DNA from: Oceanispirochaeta sp.
GTDB lineage: Bacteria; Spirochaetota; Spirochaetia; DSM-2461
Length of the DNA: 64,000 bases
Direction: 5' to 3'
Assembly (NCBI GenBank): GCA_963663385.2
Contig: CAXXXD010000003.1
Location: 448,001 to 512,000 of the forward strand
In this document: in pieces, positions 56,774-64,000 of the stretch
Position numbering within the stretch: the stretch's first letter is position 1
How the letters are laid out: every line of letters begins with the position of its first letter
Program-made: the position numbers and the translations under genes
The notes under the pieces: generated by a model
Told to the model about the DNA's origin: nothing
Database searches by the model: none
Seen by the model: only the letters and a program-made list of their open reading frames with translations

Positions 56774-58048
56774 ATGAATAATATTGAAAAAGCACAGGCT
56801 ATGTTAAGAGAATTTAAAGGCGAAAATTACCTTTTCGGGGCGGGCGTTCTACCGGAAGTCGGAGCTGCAGCAAAAAAGATAGGCTCGAAAGCGATTATTA
56901 TCCGGGACAATTTCCCCGGGGCGGATGACTTTGTCGGAACCATCCGTTCCTCCCTGGAAAAATCCGGTGTGGAGATAGTTGGGGAAGAGAACGGCGCCAG
57001 ACCGAACTGTCCTCTGGAAGATCTGGAAAGGATTACGGGGGCGCTGAAAGAATCCGGAGCAGATATTATTGTCAGTTTCGGAGGGGGAAGCACAATCGAT
57101 GCAGCCAAGGCGGCAGAAGTTCTGAGAACCCTGGGCGGAACCATTGAGGATTATTTCGGTGTCGGACTGGTCAGCAAAGCCTGTGAAGAGAAAGGGATTA
57201 CCCTGACTCCCCATATTGCAGTGGAGACGGTTGCTTCTTCGGGAGCTCATCTTACCAAGTACTCCAATATTACCGATGTTGAAACAGGTCAGAAAAAACT
57301 GGTTGTAGACCCCGCCATTGTTCCTTCCCATCCTGTTTTTGATTATGAAGTAACCTATAGTCTTCCCAAAGGTGTATCAATGGACGGCGGACTGGACGGA
57401 ATCGCCCACTGTCTGGAAGTTTTCTACAGTGCAGTCGGGACTGACGGTTATGAAAAGAGTAGAGAGATTGCCGAAGTGGGAATCTCCCTGGTTGTTGAGT
57501 ATCTTCCCCGGGTCATTAACGATCCGAGAGACACTGAGGCCCGGAATGCCCTGTGTCTGGCTACGGATATGGGCGGTTACGCCATTATGGTGGGCGGTAC
57601 CAACGGCGGTCATCTGACCAGTTTCTCTCTGGTTGATGTCCTCTCCCACGGCCGGGCCTGCGCCATTATGAATCCCTACTACTCCGTTTTCTTTGCTCCG
57701 GCGGTAGAGAAAGAGCTGAGAATCGTTGGGAATATTTTTAAGAAGTACGGTTATTCCGATGTGGATTTCGAATCTCTCAGTGGAAAAGAGCTGGGAGAAG
57801 CGGCCGCCCAGGCAATGTTCGGTCTGGCAGAGGCGGTAGACTTTCCCCTGACCCTGGGAGAGGTGGACGGATTTACGGATGCTCATATCGAGAGAGCATT
57901 GACGGCTGCCAAAAACCCTCAGCTGAAGATGAAACTGCAGAATATGCCTGTTCCCCTGAATGCTGATCTGATCGATGACTATATGGGACCCATTCTGCAG
58001 GCGGCTAAAACGGGAGATCTCTCTCTCATAAAAAGTTTGAACGTTTAA
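56774..58048 (+). CDS. Iron-containing alcohol dehydrogenase family protein
   Basis: GGGSTIDAAK, DGIAHCLE, GGHLTS, HGRACA. Confidence 0.9.
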   Translation: MNNIEKAQAMLREFKGENYLFGAGVLPEVGAAAKKIGSKAIIIRDNFPGADDFVGTIRSSLEKSGVEIVGEENGARPNCPLEDLERITGALKESGADIIVSFGGGSTIDAAKAAEVLRTLGGTIEDYFGVGLVSKACEEKGITLTPHIAVETVASSGAHLTKYSNITDVETGQKKLVVDPAIVPSHPVFDYEVTYSLPKGVSMDGGLDGIAHCLEVFYSAVGTDGYEKSREIAEVGISLVVEYLPRVINDPRDTEARNALCLATDMGGYAIMVGGTNGGHLTSFSLVDVLSHGRACAIMNPYYSVFFAPAVEKELRIVGNIFKKYGYSDVDFESLSGKELGEAAAQAMFGLAEAVDFPLTLGEVDGFTDAHIERALTAAKNPQLKMKLQNMPVPLNADLIDDYMGPILQAAKTGDLSLIKSLNV

Positions 58049-58161
58049 AACTGCATAATATTTTACCCATTGAACCGGAGCTCTCTCCTCCTCTTGAGAG
58101 CTCCGGTTCTTCAGCATAAGGGGAGTTTATCAGCCCTGATTTCCAAGGAGATAATACAAAG

Positions 58162-59541
58162 ATGATTAAAACAGATTTTCCAATCGGTCCTGAAAAAGAC
58201 GGACTGAAGCTGCCTGACGGGACGGATATCCTGAGGATGCCCCATCCTCCCAGACTGGATGACTATGCTTCTGCTGTTCGGCAGTCCCTTGCAGAACCTG
58301 TTGCATCAGAACGGCTGGAACAGATAATCCGCTCCAAAACTGCCGGAGGGAAAAGTGTAAACGAACTGTCCGCCTGTATTGTCATATCCGACAGCACCCG
58401 TCCCGTTCCCTACAAGGGAGAACAGGGCATTCTCTGGCCTCTGGCGGATATCCTGCTGAAAGAGGGAGTCGAGCCTGAGAATATCCTGGTTCTGGTTGCA
58501 ACAGGCACGCACCGGGCGCAGACTGAGGAAGAGCTGCGGGATATGCTGGATACCCGTATCTTTGAAAATGGCATCCGGGTTGCCAACCATGACTGTACCA
58601 ATGAACAGGCGCTGGTGAACCTCGGCACAACAAGCAAGGGCGGTAACATTATTATCAACCGGGATTATATGGAGAGCGATATCAGGATCCTGACCGGGCT
58701 GGTGGAAAGTCATTTTATGGCCGGTGCCTCGGGTGGGCGTAAGTCCATCTGTCCCGGTTTGATAGGGGAGGAGAGCACCTTTGTTTTTCACGGGGCTCCC
58801 ATGCTGGCCCATGAGAATTCCCGGGCCCTGCTTCTGGACGGCAATCCCTGCCATGAAGAGTCCAAAGAGATGGCTCTGAAAGCCGGGGCTGATTTTATCT
58901 GCAATGTCACTCTGGATGGGGATTTCAACCTGACCGGTGTGTTCTCGGGGGATCTGATAAAAGCCCATGAAGCGGCTGTGGAACATCTGAAAAGCTATAC
59001 CGCTATTCCCGTTGATAAAAAATACGACATTGTTGTAAGTCATGGCGGATTTGTAGGGATAAATCACTATCAGGTTGCCAAAGCCGGAGTGGAAGCTTCC
59101 CGAATTGTCAGGGAGAACGGTTATGTTCTGATCGGCGGTGACAATACCGATACGGATCCGGTGGGGTCCATTTACTACCGGACCGCCCTGCAGCTGCTGA
59201 AAATTCAGGGGACTGAGAACTTTGAGAAGATCCTGACTTCCCCGGACTGGGCTTTTATTCTGGAGCAGTGGCAGGTTCAGATGTGGACCAAACTGTTCAA
59301 ACTGATTCCACAGGACCACTTCTACTATTTTGCCCCCCAGTTTTCGGATGGGGAGTATATGGTGTGCGCCGGAGAGGATATGAGAAAGCTCAGCGGATCC
59401 GATTCAGCCTCCATCCCGGAACAAATCTCCCTGGCATTGGAAAACCTTATTGAAAAGGTTAAGCTGGAAACAGGCAGAGAAGAAGTCTCTGTCTGCTGGA
59501 TGGCCGACGGGCCCTATGGAGTGCCCCTGTATGAAAACTGA
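58162..59541 (+). CDS. larA: LarA-family (nickel-pincer) alpha-hydroxyacid racemase/epimerase
   Basis: SDSTRP, ATGTHR, NHD, ESHFMAGASGGRKSICPG, FH; substrate not necessarily lactate. Confidence 0.9.
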   Translation: MIKTDFPIGPEKDGLKLPDGTDILRMPHPPRLDDYASAVRQSLAEPVASERLEQIIRSKTAGGKSVNELSACIVISDSTRPVPYKGEQGILWPLADILLKEGVEPENILVLVATGTHRAQTEEELRDMLDTRIFENGIRVANHDCTNEQALVNLGTTSKGGNIIINRDYMESDIRILTGLVESHFMAGASGGRKSICPGLIGEESTFVFHGAPMLAHENSRALLLDGNPCHEESKEMALKAGADFICNVTLDGDFNLTGVFSGDLIKAHEAAVEHLKSYTAIPVDKKYDIVVSHGGFVGINHYQVAKAGVEASRIVRENGYVLIGGDNTDTDPVGSIYYRTALQLLKIQGTENFEKILTSPDWAFILEQWQVQMWTKLFKLIPQDHFYYFAPQFSDGEYMVCAGEDMRKLSGSDSASIPEQISLALENLIEKVKLETGREEVSVCWMADGPYGVPLYEN

Positions 59542-60196
59542 AATAGCCCTGATTCATACGACACCTCTTGTTCTGGAACCTGTACAGAAGGCATTGGATC
59601 CCCTGCGGGAGAGGTATCACTTTTTTCATATGCTGGACGAAGCTGTTCTGATAAGGATGATGAAGGACGGCAATACCGGGGACCTTGCCATTCCCTGGCT
59701 GGCGGGTCTTGTCGAAAACGCTTTCAGGGGAGGAGCCGAGGGAATTATCGTAACCTGCAGCTCCCTCTCTCCCTGGGTGCGGGAAATTCAGTCCCTGTTT
59801 GAAAAGCCCGTCCTCCGTATTGATGAAGTCCTGTACCATCATGTGTTTTCCACCTGTTCCCGTCCTGCCGTACTCATGACGAATCCTACAAACGAATTCC
59901 CCGCCCGGGTTCTGACTGAAGAGATGAAAGCCCTTTGCGGTTTGCAGGCGGAAGTGCCGTTTATTGTCTGCAAGGATGCTTTCAAAGCCCTGCAGAATGG
60001 TGATCAGGAAAGCCATGACCGTGAGGTGGCCGAGACCATTGCCCGGCTGTCAGAAGACCACGACGGAATTATCCTTTCCCAGATATCCATCGAGCGGGTA
60101 AGGAACTCCCTGCCGCCGGACTTGAGGGAAATGGTATACTCCAGTCTGGATTTTATCAAGGAAACCCTGGCAAATCATGGTTTGCAGTACTGTTAA
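59531..60196 (+). CDS. Aspartate/glutamate racemase family protein
   Basis: ALIHT, VTCSSL, PVLRIDE, ILSQIS; ATG 59531 overlaps the larA end. Confidence 0.8.
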   Translation: MKTEIALIHTTPLVLEPVQKALDPLRERYHFFHMLDEAVLIRMMKDGNTGDLAIPWLAGLVENAFRGGAEGIIVTCSSLSPWVREIQSLFEKPVLRIDEVLYHHVFSTCSRPAVLMTNPTNEFPARVLTEEMKALCGLQAEVPFIVCKDAFKALQNGDQESHDREVAETIARLSEDHDGIILSQISIERVRNSLPPDLREMVYSSLDFIKETLANHGLQYC

Positions 60197-60297
60197 TACG
60201 GCAGGACCGGAAGTGAAAATACATAGCTTTCTTTTATACAAACATTGCATTTTGCCTTTACTCCCATAGAATTCAGATTAAGGAATAAGGAGGCAGT

Positions 60298-60546
60298 ATG
60301 GAATATCAACTAGTCGCTGTAAAAGTGGGACACCGGGAGGATTCCGCTTCAAAGGTCCAATCGATACTTACATCCTTCGGGTGCAGCATCAAGGTTCGGC
60401 TTGGTCTGCATGATCTCCCGGAAGGAGCCTGTTCTCCCGCAGGGCTGATTATACTGCAGGTAACGGCAGGGGATGATGAGCTCAATAGATTCCTCGATGA
60501 TCTGAATCAGCTGGAGGATGTTGTAGCAAGATCTCTTACCATTTAG
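60298..60546 (+). CDS. Small ACT/NikR-C-like protein (TM1266-like family)
   Basis: R..A.KVQ.ILT.FGCSIKVRLGLH..GLIILQ; AGGAGG SD. Confidence 0.75.
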   Translation: MEYQLVAVKVGHREDSASKVQSILTSFGCSIKVRLGLHDLPEGACSPAGLIILQVTAGDDELNRFLDDLNQLEDVVARSLTI

Positions 60547-60607
60547 TTTTAGAGATTGTACCATATGTTACAGTAGTGAAAGGCAATCTTATTTATAATC
60601 TGCGGTA

Positions 60608-60805
60608 ATGAAACTATATAAAGTACTGGCAGCCGAATATACGGAGGTATTTCCTTCTTCCCGGGAGAAAGCGGATTTTGTTGAATCGTACCTTGAAAAA
60701 CGCCTGACTCAGCAGATCCTTGATATCGGCTGTTCCAGCGGTGAGTTTGCCATTCAGTTAGCCTCTCCCAGGAGACATCCATACGGCTTCTCACCGGACC
60801 TTTGA
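60608..60805 (+). pseudogene. Truncated class I SAM methyltransferase
   Basis: Y..LA.EY..VFP..ILDIGCSSGE (motif I), then a stop at 65 aa. Confidence 0.7.
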
Positions 60806-60897
60806 AACACATTTCCCGGAAATGTAACTATCAATATAAATTGTCACAACTCTGCAGATCGTTTAATATAATTCTATAGTATGTGGAGGTTGTAAAA

Positions 60898-61713
60898 ATG
60901 ATTCAGTGGTTATCTCAGTTCCATCCCGTAACTCAGGCTTTAATGGGCACGCTATTTACCTATGGTGTCACGGCACTGGGGGCCGCAATGGTTTTTTTCT
61001 TCAGAAGTATAAACAAAAAAGTATTGAACGGGATGCTCGGTTTTGCCGCAGGAGTTATGATAGCCGCCTCATACTGGTCCCTCCTGGCGCCGGCAATAGA
61101 AATGTCGGCAGAACTGCCCGGCCCGGAGTGGGTTCCCGCTCTAGTGGGATTCCTCCTGGGGGGTGGCTTTCTCTGGGTGATCGACAAAACTTTACCCCAT
61201 GTTCATCCCGGATTTAAACAGGGAGAGCAGGAAGGGATTAAATCAGGCTGGCAGAGAAGTGTCCTCCTTGTCCTGGCTATCACAATTCATAACTTTCCCG
61301 AAGGTCTGGCCGTCGGTGTGGCTTTTGGAGCCGTAGGGGCCGGTCTTCCCTCTGCTTCAATCGCCGGGGCCGTCGCTCTGGCTATCGGTATAGGGATTCA
61401 GAACTTTCCGGAAGGGGCCGCTGTCTCTGTCCCCCTGAGAAGAGAAGGGCTCAGCCGGAAAAAAAGTTTTGTTTACGGACAGTTTTCCGGTATGGTTGAG
61501 CCGGTTGCCGGAGTGCTGGGCGCTGCTTCGGTTATTCTCTTCCGTCCCCTTCTGCCATACGCCCTGGCCTTTGCCGCAGGCGCCATGATCTATGTTGTGG
61601 TGGAGGAACTGGTCCCCTCCGCCCAGGCGGATGAAGACCATAATGATATCTCCACAATCGGTGCCATGCTGGGATTCGCCGTTATGATGACGCTGGATGT
61701 GGCTCTGGGATAA
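60898..61713 (+). CDS. ZIP family metal transporter (GufA/ZupT-like)
   Basis: [40 protein letters not shown] before ATG 60898. Confidence 0.93.
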   Translation: MIQWLSQFHPVTQALMGTLFTYGVTALGAAMVFFFRSINKKVLNGMLGFAAGVMIAASYWSLLAPAIEMSAELPGPEWVPALVGFLLGGGFLWVIDKTLPHVHPGFKQGEQEGIKSGWQRSVLLVLAITIHNFPEGLAVGVAFGAVGAGLPSASIAGAVALAIGIGIQNFPEGAAVSVPLRREGLSRKKSFVYGQFSGMVEPVAGVLGAASVILFRPLLPYALAFAAGAMIYVVVEELVPSAQADEDHNDISTIGAMLGFAVMMTLDVALG

Positions 61714-61725
61714 AACCGGAAAATC

Positions 61726-62169
61726 CTACTTTTCCTTTCTTTCCAGAATCATCCGGAAAGGAATAAAAACAACCATATTCAGTATCACTGCATACAGCAT
61801 GGTAATAAGGGCGACAGCCAGATTGGGGCCGATTTTGGCTGTATCGCTTATATCCGCCAGAACGGCTATCATTCCCGTCAGAAATCCGAACAGACCCGCC
61901 GCCAGGGTATAGGCTCCCATATTTTTAAAATACCTTACTGCCTGCCTGGTGATTTCAGGTTCCGGATCTATCTGGAACACTGCCTTGAAGTAGAGGAAAC
62001 CGGGTGTCAGACCATAGAAGAAAAGGGATACAATCAGACCGAAAATCAGAATCACCAGCAGACTGGCCATATCGACATAGAACAACGGATTGGTTCGGGT
62101 CAGAACAATCAGGCTTACAACGGCACCTGAAAACAGAATCAAATACAGAAAATAACCACTCTTTTTCAT
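61726..62169 (-). CDS. Short MotA/TolQ/ExbB-like membrane protein
   Basis: YVDMASLLVI, GLFGFLTGMIAVL..IGPNLAVALITMLYA; lacks the large cytoplasmic loop. Confidence 0.8.
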   Translation of the reverse strand: MKKSGYFLYLILFSGAVVSLIVLTRTNPLFYVDMASLLVILIFGLIVSLFFYGLTPGFLYFKAVFQIDPEPEITRQAVRYFKNMGAYTLAAGLFGFLTGMIAVLADISDTAKIGPNLAVALITMLYAVILNMVVFIPFRMILERKEK

Positions 62170-62190
62170 AAAAAACCTCACTATTTTTTT

Positions 62191-62490
62191 TCAAGTAACA
62201 GAATCGATTAAAAATGTCCGGACCTCTTCCATCCGGATACGGAACAGCTCTCCGTCCATCTGCCGGGAAGCGGGACTGAAGCGGGGATTCCCCCAGATAA
62301 CGGAGAGCAGAGTTGTCAGCCCCAGGACCAGAACGATACCGGCGCAGCGCTGAACCAGTTCTTTCTGTTTCCGGCGGTAAAAATTATCTGGTCGGGGAAG
62401 ATCCTGTTCCCTGAAGGGGAAGGGGGCTGACCGGGAAAGTTCGTTTTCAAAACCCCGCCGGATCATTTTCCTGAATATACTTTTTTTCAT
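62191..62490 (-). CDS. Single-TM protein, probable anti-sigma factor
   Basis: ATGA overlap with the ECF sigma gene; one TM segment. Confidence 0.6.
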   Translation of the reverse strand: MKKSIFRKMIRRGFENELSRSAPFPFREQDLPRPDNFYRRKQKELVQRCAGIVLVLGLTTLLSVIWGNPRFSPASRQMDGELFRIRMEEVRTFLIDSVT

Positions 62491-63050
62491 TTCAGCTCCT
62501 CCTCCAGTTTCTTTTTCAGGATCTTCAGCCGGTAGCGCAGGGTATCCGGAGGAATCCCCATCACCCTTGCGGCGGCCCGTCCCGACAGACCTTCAAAACC
62601 GGTCAGAAACAGGATCTGCCTGTCCCTCTCCTCCTGACGGTTCAGAAACTCTCTGACGGCTTCATCCCTTTCCCGAATCAGGTAGAGGCCCTCCGGTGTG
62701 GGAGAGTTATCCGGTATCCCGTTGATTCTTTCGTCTCTTCCATTATCTGTACTGTTCAGAATCTGACTCTCCCGTAACCCGAACACCTTTCTCCGCCAGT
62801 CTGTCAGGGTATTGCCCGCTATCCGGTAGATCCAGGTCGCCGGGGCGTAGAGAGGATTGTACCGGTCCAGAGACCGGTAGATTTTCAGCATGATCTCCTG
62901 AACCAGATCCTCCCGGTCCTCTCTGGTGAGACCGGATACAGCTTTGAGATACAGATCCAGCCGGGGAGACCAGAGGTCCCATAGCTGGCGGATGGCAGTA
63001 CCGTTTCCTGCGGCAGCCTTCTGCAGCAGGCTGCGGTCTTTTATATTCAT
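62487..63050 (-). CDS. ECF RNA polymerase sigma factor
   Basis: EDLVQEI, TWIYRIA.N..D..RK, region 4 HTH; probable ATG 63050. Confidence 0.9.
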   Translation of the reverse strand: MNIKDRSLLQKAAAGNGTAIRQLWDLWSPRLDLYLKAVSGLTREDREDLVQEIMLKIYRSLDRYNPLYAPATWIYRIAGNTLTDWRRKVFGLRESQILNSTDNGRDERINGIPDNSPTPEGLYLIRERDEAVREFLNRQEERDRQILFLTGFEGLSGRAAARVMGIPPDTLRYRLKILKKKLEEELK

Positions 63051-63341
63051 GTCTACAGTATACGGTTGCTGTACGGGAATGCGTGAAACATCGGGGTGAA
63101 AAAAGTAAAATATCCGCATGAACTCCCTACAGTCAGTTCTCCCGCAGGGATAGCAAATCTGCTCCTTATGCAGTTTATCTGTCACGGGTGATAAGTATCC
63201 GGCAAATAGACAATTCCCCGGACGGTATTCGCATCTCGCATGATATTATTAGGTGATTTCTCTAGAATAATAATGTTGACTCTGAGTGCTAGAAGCTTTA
63301 TATCAGGAAAAAATCTTATTTTTTACCGATACAAAACAATT

Positions 63342-64000
63342 CTACGGGGTGCATACACAGGGCAGAATATTCTCCAGCAGTTCATCCGGTACTGCAAAGT
63401 CTCCTTCGCCAATGCCAAGTCTGATATGCTCTCTATTTGCTCCATGGAAGTCTGTTCCGCCTGACTTCAGAAAGCCGAAATGTTCAATTAATTGAGCGCA
63501 CCGCAGTGACTCTTTTTCCGAATAGGAGGGATAAAAATACTCCATGCCATCCAATCCCATTTCTTTCAGCTCTTTCAGACGTATAAACGTTTCCTCATCG
63601 GAATAACCTTTCAGACCTATGGGCAAGTGGAAATGAGCCATAAATGCTTTTCCTCCGGCTTCATGAATAGCCGAAAACGCGTCTTCCGGTGTTATAAGTT
63701 CTCCATCAGTATACTCTATATGGTCCAGAAAATTCATCCAGGCATGCTTTATGGAAGGAGCATAACCTTCTGCAAATAAAAACTTTGCAATAGCCTGACG
63801 GTCCATATAACCGCCAGTGATATAGGGTTCCACATCTTCATGTTCAAATTGAACTCCCATGGAGTGTATTTTATTGAAAACATGGGTCAGCTTTAAAGAT
63901 CGAACCTGCCTGTACCGTGTATAAATTGACATAAAGCCCTCATTTCGGGGTTCAATTCCCAGGCCAAGGATATGGATCAACCGGTTCCTGCCGTAGGCGA
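63342..64000 (-). CDS. PHP-domain protein (5' end outside window)
   Basis: IHILGL, AGGKAFMAH, GLDGME, SGGTDFHG. Confidence 0.88.
   Translation of the reverse strand, partial: AYGRNRLIHILGLGIEPRNEGFMSIYTRYRQVRSLKLTHVFNKIHSMGVQFEHEDVEPYITGGYMDRQAIAKFLFAEGYAPSIKHAWMNFLDHIEYTDGELITPEDAFSAIHEAGGKAFMAHFHLPIGLKGYSDEETFIRLKELKEMGLDGMEYFYPSYSEKESLRCAQLIEHFGFLKSGGTDFHGANREHIRLGIGEGDFAVPDELLENILPCVCTP

Noticed and set aside
63266..63292. CIRCE element (GAGTGCTAG)
   Set aside because: Only the right arm matches, and no chaperone gene lies downstream
1..64000. CRISPR array, tRNA/rRNA, prophage, intact IS, retron or DGR
   Set aside because: No repeat-spacer periodicity, structural RNA signature, integrase, transposase or reverse transcriptase ORF was found by inspection

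Overview
A chromosomal window from a bacterium, most likely a free-living anaerobic spirochaete (inferred from gene content and protein style, not from a marker gene). It has about 62 genes and no recognisable rRNA, tRNA, CRISPR array, prophage or intact IS. In order: end of an inositol operon (iolE, iolG); lemA with two TPM-domain genes; a chrA pair; argO/argP; several c-di-GMP enzymes; a ChvI/ChvG-like two-component pair divergent from creD; a PTS Enzyme I fused to a degenerate GGDEF domain that keeps its RxxD I-site; a CheA/CheY/CheC/diguanylate-cyclase module with no local receptor; a 509-aa unknown protein, possibly a catalytically dead NAD+-dependent DNA ligase-like scaffold, translationally coupled to an orphan N6-adenine DNA methyltransferase; a sigma54-type hsp20 promoter; proA; an operon of fadD-like, DUF523-GNAT and rnmV genes; a GH20/AraC/MFS module; a GntR-controlled TctABC + PdxA2 + split transketolase + Fe-ADH + LarA catabolic island for an unknown sugar acid; and an ECF sigma/anti-sigma/mini-MotA trio. 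There are at least three gene remnants and many apparently leaderless genes. The best candidates for an undescribed system are the ligase-like protein/MTase pair and the GGDEF-Enzyme I fusion. All family calls come from reading motifs by eye; no searches were run.
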